64,000 nt of DNA, taken from Vulcanimicrobiota bacterium (GTDB lineage: Bacteria; Vulcanimicrobiota; Vulcanimicrobiia; Eremiobacterales; Eremiobacteraceae). The DNA is taken from contig CAWETU010000001.1 in NCBI GenBank assembly GCA_963812135.1, positions 544,001 to 608,000 on the forward strand. The letters are read 5' to 3'. The position numbers and the translations under genes are program-made. Each line of letters opens with the position of its first letter. The first letter of the stretch is position 1. Below the pieces are notes generated by a model. That model saw only the letters and a program-made list of their open reading frames with translations. It made no database searches and had not been told where the DNA came from. Below, piece by piece: positions 29,144-37,790 of this stretch.

Positions 29144-30333
29144 CTCGCGCGCAGACGCTGAGCGCCTGTCGGGCAGCGTGTTGAGAGCGCGCATGCGCCG
29201 CATTGCGGCTCCGGATTGCAGGGTCCGAGCGCCGCGAACAACGCAAGCAGTCCTTCAACTGCATATGGATCGCGCAGCAACGCCTCGGCAACCGACCCGA
29301 CGAGCAGTTGGCCTGTCGCAGGAGTGGCCGTTGCGTCGATCAGACCGAGACGCTCGATCACGCGCCGAGACCCTGGGTTTCCAAACGCGGTGAAGAATCC
29401 CCAGCGCTTGAGGGTCTGACGCCCTGCGGTTTCATTAATGCGCGCGAAATCTGCCGCCAGAGCGGCGGTCAGCGCCGGCCAGCCTTCGGCCGGGGCATCG
29501 GCGGCGGCGATGCATGCGATGCGCGCAAGGTAACTGCCTTCGGATTTGGCGACATCGCTCCAGCGTTGCGCGTTTTCGATGCACCCGCGGATCTTCGATT
29601 CGTTGCGGATGATCGGCGAGCCGAGCAAACGTCGCACGTCCGCCTCTCCATACGACGCCACCGTCGCGGGAGTGAAGCCTTCGAACGCGGCGGCGAGCGC
29701 CGCGCGCTTGCGGATGACGATCGCGTGCCCGAGCCCCTGCGCGAAGATCACCTCGCATAACCGGGCGAATGCGCACGCATCGTCGGCGGGCGCGTCATGA
29801 TCGGCGACATACCGGCGCAAGCGCGCCGCGCACTCATCCGCCCCGAGTAACGCGTCCACGACCAGGTCGACGGCGCGCACGAGCGACGCTCCAGCGCGCG
29901 CGACTGCCTTTGCGCCCTTGCGGCGAGGCGCGCGACTCGGCGCCGCACTTGAGGGTTTGACTGGGGTTTGGTTCGACATGTCAGGGACCTCCACGAATGC
30001 CGCACGCATGCGCGCGATGAGCGCGCGCCACGTACCAATCCTCGACAACGGCACCGGCGCGACGCGCATCGCGGGGCACCAGCGAACGCACACGCCTTCG
30101 AGACCGCGCGCTGCGAGCGCGATAAAGCGGCGGGCGAATGCCCGCACGGCATCGGACCGCCGCGCGAGAATCAGAGCGCGCGCCCCGCACGGCACGACGC
30201 AGGCGTCAACTACCACGACGCCGGCAGCCGTGGCCGCCGGCGTGAGTGCGTTGCGCGCGGCCTGAGCGCGAGCGCCTGAGAGCGCGAAGCGCAACCGCTC
30301 GGTGTCGAGGACGATGAACCAGAGCCGATCCAC
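29140..30333 (-). CDS. Divergent DNA-3-methyladenine glycosylase I (Tag)-like protein with C-terminal four-Cys motif and N-terminal extra domain
   Basis: KR..L..AFEGF.P..VA.Y.E.DV.RLL..IIRNESKI...IENA is Tag-like; C-terminal CX5CX2CX5C. Two in-frame starts with RBS (GTG 30333, ATG 29979). Confidence 0.8.
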   Translation of the reverse strand: MDRLWFIVLDTERLRFALSGARAQAARNALTPAATAAGVVVVDACVVPCGARALILARRSDAVRAFARRFIALAARGLEGVCVRWCPAMRVAPVPLSRIGTWRALIARMRAAFVEVPDMSNQTPVKPSSAAPSRAPRRKGAKAVARAGASLVRAVDLVVDALLGADECAARLRRYVADHDAPADDACAFARLCEVIFAQGLGHAIVIRKRAALAAAFEGFTPATVASYGEADVRRLLGSPIIRNESKIRGCIENAQRWSDVAKSEGSYLARIACIAAADAPAEGWPALTAALAADFARINETAGRQTLKRWGFFTAFGNPGSRRVIERLGLIDATATPATGQLLVGSVAEALLRDPYAVEGLLALFAALGPCNPEPQCGACALSTRCPTGAQRLRAS

Positions 30334-30418
30334 GCGCGCTTCCTTATCACGCGGGTCAGCTCAGCGGTCAAGCGGTCGGAAAACGCGAACGCAACGTCAG
30401 GATAAGAAAAACAACAAC

Positions 30419-31102
30419 ATGCGAGACGAAAAAGCGCAACGCGCCGGTAAGCCCGGTATCCCGCGCACTGCGATCACTCTGGCTGTTCTCGCCGCCATCG
30501 GCGTGGGCGTCGCGCTCGCCTGCGCTGCCGCATTTCTCGCCGCCAAAACCAAAGATGCACGCTTCACTGACATCGCTCACGTCCCGGCCGAACCCGTGGC
30601 GATCGTGTTCGGCGCCGGCGTCGAACGCGACGGCACGCCGTCAGGCATGCTCGCCGACCGGCTCGACGCAGCCGTCGCGCTGTACAAGAACGGGACCGTG
30701 CAGCGCTTGTTGCTCACCGGCGACCACAGCCGTACCGACTACGATGAGGTCGATTCGATGCGGCGTTACGTGCTCGCGCGTGGCGTCCCAAGCGCACACG
30801 TCGCGCTGGACTTCGCGGGTTTTCGCACGTATGATAGCTGCTATCGAGCGCGCGCGATCTTCGGTGTCACGCGCGCCGTGCTCGTCTCGCAGCGCTACCA
30901 TTTGCCGCGCGCGGTGTACACGTGCCGGCAGCTCGGCATCGCGAGCGTCGGTTTAGGAACGCCCGACTGGGGCGACTACTCGAATCAGATGATGGCGCAG
31001 TACACTGCGCGCGAGTGGATCGCGTCGGCGGTCGCGCTCTGGCAACTTCACGTCACCAAGCCGCCGCCGGCATTCCTCGGCAAGTTCGAAGGAATGCCCT
31101 AA
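30419..31102 (+). CDS. SanA/YdcF (DUF218) family protein
   Basis: TM anchor, IVFGAG, DRLDAA, GDHS..YDE, DFAGFRTYDS, QRYHLPRA, ARE. Confidence 0.9.
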   Translation: MRDEKAQRAGKPGIPRTAITLAVLAAIGVGVALACAAAFLAAKTKDARFTDIAHVPAEPVAIVFGAGVERDGTPSGMLADRLDAAVALYKNGTVQRLLLTGDHSRTDYDEVDSMRRYVLARGVPSAHVALDFAGFRTYDSCYRARAIFGVTRAVLVSQRYHLPRAVYTCRQLGIASVGLGTPDWGDYSNQMMAQYTAREWIASAVALWQLHVTKPPPAFLGKFEGMP

Positions 31103-31117
31103 CGGGGGCCTGTGGGG

Positions 31118-31561
31118 TTAGAAGACCTCGGTGCTGATGGCGCCCGCGCCAGTGAACATCTCCGTGAGCGCATCGACGTTATCCGTCGCTGGGTAACCGG
31201 CGACACAACGCCCTGCGTCGATCGCCATCTCGTAGTCCTCGGAGCGCTTGTCGGGCACACCCATATCGGCGAGCAACTCATCGACGTTGTCCTCGCCGAC
31301 GACCTGCGGCAGCTGTTGCCCGATCAGGCCAGGCACCTCGGTACCACCTGAACTCGTGATGATGCCGCGTTCCGAGTCGAGCAACCCCGCATCAGGCTCA
31401 CCGGTGAGATTGAACTGAACGCCGCTGGTGATCAACGAGCTATCGGGCGCTTCGTCGGCGATCACGACGAGCGCCTCCAGATCGAGGCCGGCAGCCTTGA
31501 CCGAATCCATCAGTTTCTTGATCCCGGCATAGTTCGGGAAAATACCAACGACGACCGGCAT
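31118..31561 (-). CDS. Hypothetical protein (general stress protein-like)
   Basis: VVGIF start, 'LADMGVP...SEDYE..I..G' pattern; AAAGGA RBS. Confidence 0.7.
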   Translation of the reverse strand: MPVVVGIFPNYAGIKKLMDSVKAAGLDLEALVVIADEAPDSSLITSGVQFNLTGEPDAGLLDSERGIITSSGGTEVPGLIGQQLPQVVGEDNVDELLADMGVPDKRSEDYEMAIDAGRCVAGYPATDNVDALTEMFTGAGAISTEVF

Positions 31562-31693
31562 GGGTCTGTCCTTTCTTTTTCAGGGAGCCCCTGGTTCGGA
31601 CTTGACGCCCGGCTCGCCCTCTATTTGCCATATCCACGTGGACCCAGCCGCGTTTTCAAGGCGAGCAGCGACTCGGCTGCGAACCCGGGCCAC

Positions 31694-32353
31694 GTGTCGG
31701 CGATCAAGCTCACCTACTACCTCGACGTCCTTTCATCGTGGTGCTTCGTGGTTGAGAGCGCCCTTGCGCAACTGCGGCAAGAACTAGGTCCACGATTGGA
31801 AGTCGACTGGCGCCTCGCGTATCTCTTCGGCGGGGGCCCGATGGGCTATGGACCCGAGATGAACGCGTGGTATTACGGCCGCACAGGGTCGATAACCGGC
31901 GTCAAGCTCAATCCCACCTGGAAAGAATCTGCCGGCGAGACGACGTGGTTCGCAAATCTCGCGACCCAAGCGACGCGTGAACTCGGCGTCACCGACGACC
32001 GGGTGCGACTAGCGATGTCGCGCGCCGCGATGGTCGACGGCCGTCACGTTGGCCGGCGCGAGGTCGCCGTGCAAGTCGCCGCCGAAGCGTCCGGGTTGCC
32101 CATTCTCGACATCGAGCGCGCGATGAACGACCCTCGCACGGCGCCGGCCATGGAGAAAACCACACTGGAATACCAGGCGCTCGGTGTGCAGGTCCAGCCC
32201 GCGTTCGTGCTGCGCAACGACATCGGCGACATGGCGATTCTGTCGGGCCTCTACCGTTACGAAACATTGGCGGCGTGCGCCGCAGAAATGCTCGCGGCCG
32301 CGGACGGGTACGCGGCGTTCAGCGCGGCAAACCCGCAACCGAAACCGGCTTGA
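31694..32353 (+). CDS. DsbA/FrnE-like thioredoxin-fold protein
   Basis: YYLDVLSSWCF (SxxC) and GVQVQPAFV cis-Pro loop. Confidence 0.8.
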   Translation: MSAIKLTYYLDVLSSWCFVVESALAQLRQELGPRLEVDWRLAYLFGGGPMGYGPEMNAWYYGRTGSITGVKLNPTWKESAGETTWFANLATQATRELGVTDDRVRLAMSRAAMVDGRHVGRREVAVQVAAEASGLPILDIERAMNDPRTAPAMEKTTLEYQALGVQVQPAFVLRNDIGDMAILSGLYRYETLAACAAEMLAAADGYAAFSAANPQPKPA

Positions 32354-32366
32354 GAGGGGAAACACC

Positions 32367-32765
32367 ATGAACATGACGCGCATGATCATCGCGGTGATCG
32401 TCGTGTGGATCCTGTCGATCGCGTTCGGCACGGTCATCCACGCCATTTTGCTGCAAGCGGACTACAATCAGGTCGCGCAGCTCTACCGAAGCGCGCCCAA
32501 TCTCCCGATGATCTTCGCGGCCTATCTCGCGTTCGCGATCGGCGCCGTCTGGCTGTACTCGCATGGCGTCCAGGACCGGCCTTGGTTCGGACAAGGCCTG
32601 CGTTTCGGACTTGCGGTCTGGCTCGTCGTCAGCGTGACCTCGTTCCTGATCGAATATGCGACCCAGCCGGTGCCTGAGATGCTCGTCGCCAAGCAGATCG
32701 GCTTCGAGCTGGTCAACAAATTGATCCTGGGCGTCGTGATCGCGGGAATCATCCGAAAGGCGTAA
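32367..32765 (+). CDS. Hypothetical 4-TM membrane protein
   Basis: Four hydrophobic helices, QGLRFG motif; GAGGGG RBS. Confidence 0.8.
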   Translation: MNMTRMIIAVIVVWILSIAFGTVIHAILLQADYNQVAQLYRSAPNLPMIFAAYLAFAIGAVWLYSHGVQDRPWFGQGLRFGLAVWLVVSVTSFLIEYATQPVPEMLVAKQIGFELVNKLILGVVIAGIIRKA

Positions 32766-32792
32766 GCAGTTGCAAACCTCTTGGCGAAAACC

Positions 32793-34328
32793 CTAACGCG
32801 TCCATAACGAACGGTCCAACGAGCGATACCCGGCAGCTTCCGCGAGATGGTCGGGCGCGACGCGCTCCGAGCCCGCAAGATCAGCGATGGTCCGCGCCAC
32901 GCGCAAGATCCGGTCGTGCGCGCGTGCCGAGAGATGCAGCTTCGTCACGGCAGCGGCCAACAGTGCGCGGCCGCGCTCGTCCAGCGCGCAGTGCTCGCGC
33001 AGCAGTTTCGCGGGCATCGACGCGTTCGAGCCGACGTTTCCAAGACGAAGACGCTGTCGCCGGCGCGCCGACTCGACACGCGCCCGCACTGCGGCAGAAC
33101 CTTCTGCGCTTTGGCCGCGCGACATGTCGTCGTACGGCAACCGCGGCACTTCGACGTGCATGTCGATGCGATCGAGCAGCGGACCCGACAGTTTCGAGAG
33201 ATAACGCGAGATCGCGATCGGCGAGCACGAACAGCCGCGCAGCTGGTCGCCGTGATAACCGCATGGGCACGGATTGAGGCTCGCGAGCAGCATGAAGTCA
33301 GCCGGATAGGTGATCGCGCCGCCGGCGCGGCTGATGGTGACCGACGCATCCTCGAGCGGCTGGCGTAACACTTCAAGCGCGGATCGAGGAAACTCGGGTA
33401 GCTCATCAAGGAAGAGCACGCCGCGGTGCGCGAGCGATACCTCGCCCGGTCGCGGCACGGAGCCGCCGCCCGCTAGCGCGGTGGCGCTGACCGTGTGATG
33501 CGGCGCGCGAAATGGTCGCGCGCAGATCAGCTCGGCGCGGTTGCGCAGCAGTCCGCTCACGCTGTAGAGTTTGGTGACTTCGAGCGCTTCCTCAGACGAC
33601 ATCGCTGGCATGATGGACGGCATCCGCCGAGCGAGCATCGTCTTGCCGCTGCCGGGCGGCCCGACGAAGAGCAGATTGTGCGCGCCGGCCGCCGCCACTT
33701 CCATCGCTCGCTTCGCGCGATCCTGACCTTTGACGTCATCCAGATCCTCGTGGAAGATCTCTCCCGCGCCGGCGACCTCGCGCGCGCCGTTGGACGAGCA
33801 GACGCCGGGTGCGCCGCGGCCGAGCACCACATCCACCGCTTGCGCGAGCGTGCGCACAGGGTGCAAGATCAGGCCGTCGACGAGCGCAGCTTCGGCGAGG
33901 TTGTCAGCGGGGACGATCAAGCGTTGGTGGCTCGAGCGCTTCACCCCGATCGCGATCGGCAACACGCCGCCGACCGGCTTGACGGAACCATCGAGCGCGA
34001 GTTCGCCGATCGCGACGACGTCGCGCAGCCGCCGCGCGTCGAGCTGTTGATCCATCGCAAGGATCGTCAACGCGAGCGCGACGTCGAACGCCGAGCCCTG
34101 TTTGCGCACGCCGGCGGGCGCGAGATTCACCACGACTTTGTAGGTCGGGAACAAGAAGCCGGATGAGCGCACCGCCGCGTTGACCCGCTCTTTGGATTCC
34201 TGAATCGACCGATCGGCCAAGCCGACGATATGGATCCCGATGTCGGTGGTCGGAATGCCGACGACCTCGACGCGCACGATATACGCGTCGATGCCGCGGA
34301 CCGCGGCCGAATAGCCGATGGCAAGCAT
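32793..34328 (-). CDS. comM: YifB/ComM Mg-chelatase-like AAA+ ATPase
   Basis: VNLAPA, GELALDG, GPPGSGKTM, PFRAPHH, LFLDE, NPCPCG, SGPLLDRID. Confidence 0.95.
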   Translation of the reverse strand: MLAIGYSAAVRGIDAYIVRVEVVGIPTTDIGIHIVGLADRSIQESKERVNAAVRSSGFLFPTYKVVVNLAPAGVRKQGSAFDVALALTILAMDQQLDARRLRDVVAIGELALDGSVKPVGGVLPIAIGVKRSSHQRLIVPADNLAEAALVDGLILHPVRTLAQAVDVVLGRGAPGVCSSNGAREVAGAGEIFHEDLDDVKGQDRAKRAMEVAAAGAHNLLFVGPPGSGKTMLARRMPSIMPAMSSEEALEVTKLYSVSGLLRNRAELICARPFRAPHHTVSATALAGGGSVPRPGEVSLAHRGVLFLDELPEFPRSALEVLRQPLEDASVTISRAGGAITYPADFMLLASLNPCPCGYHGDQLRGCSCSPIAISRYLSKLSGPLLDRIDMHVEVPRLPYDDMSRGQSAEGSAAVRARVESARRRQRLRLGNVGSNASMPAKLLREHCALDERGRALLAAAVTKLHLSARAHDRILRVARTIADLAGSERVAPDHLAEAAGYRSLDRSLWTR

Positions 34329-34378
34329 CTGCCATGCTTGTCACGGGTCGTGCCCGGAGCGTCAAGGGGAGCTCAGGG

Positions 34379-35026
34379 TCACTGGAAGCATTGCGGCGAC
34401 GAGTTGCCGTAGAGGTCCGTCCATCCGACGAACAGGTGGCTATTGAACCCGCCGTCGTTGCATGCCAACCATGCGATCGTGTCAGTGTTGCCATAGGTCG
34501 TGAATAGGTCGTTGTCGAGCGTGTTGATGTTGTTTCGCACCAGAGTCAGCTCGCCGAACAAGAGCGTTTCGTCAACGCTCACCTCTTGCTGCAACGCGGT
34601 GATCTGTTGTGCCATCTGCGCCTGCTGCGCTTCGAGCTGTTGGATGGTGCTCGGCTGGACGGTGACGGGGATGGGAATCGGAACGTAGTGCCACACCGTG
34701 AGTGACTTGCTGAACTTGGCGTGCTGGTCCGAGAACGTCGCTAGACCCGGCTTGATATCCGTGACTTTGATATTCGAGCGCACGGTCTTGGGCGGCGACT
34801 TGTGCACCAACAATAGCGAGGTCTGAGCGTGGCCGCCTTTCGATACTTCTTTCTCAAGGTCGTTCACCCGCGACTGCAGGGCGGCGATGAGCTTTCCCTG
34901 CGCGGCGACTTGTTGCGCCAGAGACGAGCTCGAAGGCGCGCTCGCCTCGGCCCGAGCGAGGAGCGCACCGGCCCCTAAGATGCCTGCAGCCAGAAGAACC
35001 GGGACGATAAAAATACGAGCGTGCAT
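34379..35026 (-). CDS. Hypothetical secreted coiled-coil protein
   Basis: Signal peptide ending AEA; two heptad segments; C-terminal Cys pair; AAGGAG RBS. Confidence 0.7.
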   Translation of the reverse strand: MHARIFIVPVLLAAGILGAGALLARAEASAPSSSSLAQQVAAQGKLIAALQSRVNDLEKEVSKGGHAQTSLLLVHKSPPKTVRSNIKVTDIKPGLATFSDQHAKFSKSLTVWHYVPIPIPVTVQPSTIQQLEAQQAQMAQQITALQQEVSVDETLLFGELTLVRNNINTLDNDLFTTYGNTDTIAWLACNDGGFNSHLFVGWTDLYGNSSPQCFQ

Positions 35027-35168
35027 AGCTTTGCTCTCCTTTTGCGCGCGGGTTCAGTGCAGCCGCCGCGATGCCCTCGCGGCATGCCGGGCGCAAGGGG
35101 AATCCGAAGGCGCCCAGCGGAACGGCCTCGCCACAGAACAACGTCACCGCAGGAAAGGAAGACGGTCT

Positions 35169-35645
35169 ATGCTGACTCGCCTTACGTTTGTCGCCGTCGC
35201 GATGTTGGTGCTCCTGTCGGCTCGCATGCCCGCGCAGGCCGATACGATGGCCCGCGACCAGCAAGATGTGCGCGCCGCGTACGTGTCGTTCATGGGCGCG
35301 CAGAACGGGCATAATCTCAGCGCAGTGCAACAAGCGCTGTGGAACGATCCAAGCCTGGTGTGGCTCACCGTTGCGGGCCCGATCTATGGCCCGACCGCGG
35401 TATTGGCCCACTTCAAGCAGCTCTTCGCGGGCGTGTGGAGCGCGGCGCCGGACTACAGCAACACGCACATCCTAATACGGACGGCGCAAACGGCAGATGT
35501 CGTCTCGCCGGTGAACATCACCGCGACCGTCGGGGGCAGCCCGTACACCGCGAAAGCCGTCGTGGTGACGACGTTCGTCAAGGTGGCCGACGGTTGGAAA
35601 GTCGCCGGCATCGTGCCGGTCGCCGCAGCGGTCAAGAACTACTAA
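35169..35645 (+). CDS. Secreted NTF2/SnoaL-like protein
   Basis: Signal peptide ending AQA; alpha+beta barrel pattern ending FVKVADGWKV; AAAGGA RBS. Confidence 0.8.
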   Translation: MLTRLTFVAVAMLVLLSARMPAQADTMARDQQDVRAAYVSFMGAQNGHNLSAVQQALWNDPSLVWLTVAGPIYGPTAVLAHFKQLFAGVWSAAPDYSNTHILIRTAQTADVVSPVNITATVGGSPYTAKAVVVTTFVKVADGWKVAGIVPVAAAVKNY

Positions 35646-35779
35646 ACGCTACATAGCAACGCTGGGCGGAGCGGGAGCATCGTACGATGCTCCCGTTTTG
35701 TTGTGCAAACCGTGGGGTTTTCCTGAGACCATAACGCTTCCCAGCTCCATCACGTAACCTGTGAATGGAGGTCAATACA

Positions 35780-36481
35780 ATGATCCAAATCAGGAAGCTC
35801 CAACCAATCGCTCGCCCGCTCGTCGCTGCCGCGGTCGCGCTGGCGCTCATCGTGGGCGTCGCGCGTCCGGTATACGCGGACGGGGCAGCATCAACACGCA
35901 ACATCATTCTGGGCGCTGCGGCAGCTGTCGCAGGAGTGATCCTGTACAACAACATCCATCAGAAGCAGGTCGCGCACAACACGGTCGTCGGTTATACGCA
36001 AAACGGCGGCACCGTCTACGCGGACGGACGGATCGTGTATCCGAACGGCACCGTCGTCTACACTGCGAACGGCAACGGCCAACGATGCGCATGGGACGGC
36101 TCACAAACATATTGCCCGAACAATCCGACGGTCTACAATCCGAACTACGGATATCAGAACAACGGATACGGATATCAGAACACCGGTTACAACTATAACG
36201 GCTACAACAACGGCTACAACAACGCCCAATACGATAACAATCAGTACAACCCGAATCAAAACGGCCGGGATCGAGACGACCGGTACAACAACGGGCAGAA
36301 CAACAACGCCAACTGGCAAAATAACAACACCAACTGGAAAAACAACAACACCAACTGGCAGAATAACAACAATTACAACTATGCCAACGCGCACGGCAAC
36401 CGCGGCAATCAGACGCGTTACGCGCAATGGAACGGCAACCGCGGCGATAACAATCAGGGCAACAACAAGGGCGACCACTAG
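35780..36481 (+). CDS. Exported protein with Asn/Gln/Tyr/Gly-rich low-complexity tail
   Basis: GGAGG RBS, signal peptide, second hydrophobic helix, beta-hairpin repeats, about 115-aa N-rich tail, followed by a terminator. Confidence 0.85.
   Translation: MIQIRKLQPIARPLVAAAVALALIVGVARPVYADGAASTRNIILGAAAAVAGVILYNNIHQKQVAHNTVVGYTQNGGTVYADGRIVYPNGTVVYTANGNGQRCAWDGSQTYCPNNPTVYNPNYGYQNNGYGYQNTGYNYNGYNNGYNNAQYDNNQYNPNQNGRDRDDRYNNGQNNNANWQNNNTNWKNNNTNWQNNNNYNYANAHGNRGNQTRYAQWNGNRGDNNQGNNKGDH
36310..36372 (+). repeat. 3 x 21-bp coding tandem repeat
   Basis: CAACTGGCAAAATAACAACAC / CAACTGGAAAAACAACAACAC / CAACTGGCAGAATAACAACAA, encoding NW(Q/K)NNN(T/N). Confidence 0.9.
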
Positions 36482-36511
36482 CGCCTCGCCTTGCCTCCAG
36501 TTGACCGAAGC

Positions 36512-36551
36512 GGGAGCGGCCGGCCGCGGATGCGGACGGCCGCCCTCTTTT
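36512..36551 (+). terminator. Intrinsic terminator
   Basis: GC stem GGGAGCGGCCGGCCGC-GGAT-GCGGACGGCCGCCCTC followed by TTTT. Confidence 0.75.
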
Positions 36552-36689
36552 GGGCCGAATACGGTTTTTTCGGTTTTTTCGATGACCGTCCGCCCGGGAA
36601 TTGCAACGCCCCGCCTCGTATCGCACCCGAGTGGCGGGCACGCATGTGACCTTAATGGCTTTAGGCGGGCTTAACTATCGCGTGGCTCT

Positions 36690-36732
36690 CTATCCACATA
36701 TCCACACAAACCCGAGCGAACCGTGTGGATAG
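36690..36732. promoter_or_regulatory. Cluster of three DnaA-box-like 9-mers
   Basis: CTATCCACA (36690), ATATCCACA (36698), TGTGGATAG (36724, inverted); each one mismatch from TTATCCACA. Confidence 0.55.
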
Positions 36733-36810
36733 GAGCGCAGCAGCGCATTCGAACAGTCATGCGGTCCGTATCGTCCGGCAGGACGGCGCAACGGCTCTTT
36801 GGAGGATGAT

Positions 36811-37785
36811 TTGAAGCAGCGTACGGTCACACTTTTGGCGATCGCAGGGGCGATCGCGCTCATGGCGGGCTGCGCGAAAAGCTCGGCGCCGACGACCGCC
36901 CAGAGCCCTGGCGCGGCGGCGCCCGCCGCCAGCGGCAATGCGGGTTCGAAGAGCATCGGCGTGTCGCTCCTCGATCTGCAAGCGCAGTTCTATCAGGTCA
37001 TGGAGCAAGGCATGAAAGACGAGGCCGGCAAGTATGGCTACACCATCGTCTTCACCGACGCCAATCACGATCAGGCCAAGCAGACGTCGCAGGTCGAAGA
37101 TTTCATCAGCAAACACGTCGACGTCATCATTCTCTCGCCGGCGGATTCGAAAGCGGTCGGCCCGGCGATCGTCGAGGCGAACAACGCGAACGTGCCGGTG
37201 TTCACGGCCGACATCGCGAGCACCGCATCCAAGGGCGTCGTCGTCGCGCACATCGCATCCGACAATATCCAAGGCGGCCAAGTCGCGGCTGATCTGATGT
37301 GCGCCGCGCTTAAAGGATCGGGCGACATCGCGATCATCGACGAACCAGAAGTGACGTCGGTGCAAGACCGCGTGAAAGGATTCAAACAAGAGCTGGCCGC
37401 CAAATGTCCGAACGTGCGCATCGTCGCCGATCAGACCGCGGGGGGCGATCGCGCCAAGGCCTATGACGTGGCGACCAATCTGCTGCAATCGTATCCGCAT
37501 CTCGCCGGCATCTTCGGCATCAACGATGACTCGGCGCTCGGCGCGCTGCGCGCGGTGAACACCGCAGGCATGACCGGCAAAGTGAAGATCGTCGGCTACG
37601 ACGCGAACCCCGAAGCCCAAAAAGCGATCGACGCAGGCCAGATGGTCGGCGATCCCGAGCAGCATCCGGATCAGATCGGCAAGCTGACGATCGACGCCAT
37701 CCACGACTATTTCTCGGGCAAGACGCCGCCGGCGAAGATCCCGGTCAGCGTCGGTTCGTACACGGGGCCCGCACCGGCGAAATAA
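36811..37785 (+). CDS. Sugar ABC transporter substrate-binding lipoprotein (RbsB-like)
   Basis: Lipobox LMAGC; IASDNIQGG, DRVKGF, INDDSALGA, VGYD; GGAGG before TTG 36811. Confidence 0.92.
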   Translation: MKQRTVTLLAIAGAIALMAGCAKSSAPTTAQSPGAAAPAASGNAGSKSIGVSLLDLQAQFYQVMEQGMKDEAGKYGYTIVFTDANHDQAKQTSQVEDFISKHVDVIILSPADSKAVGPAIVEANNANVPVFTADIASTASKGVVVAHIASDNIQGGQVAADLMCAALKGSGDIAIIDEPEVTSVQDRVKGFKQELAAKCPNVRIVADQTAGGDRAKAYDVATNLLQSYPHLAGIFGINDDSALGALRAVNTAGMTGKVKIVGYDANPEAQKAIDAGQMVGDPEQHPDQIGKLTIDAIHDYFSGKTPPAKIPVSVGSYTGPAPAK

Positions 37786-37790
37786 GCGGC

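Noticed and set aside
36130..36480. CRISPR array or non-coding satellite
   Set aside because: Repeats are in-frame, degenerate at third positions, have no spacers, and no cas genes are present.
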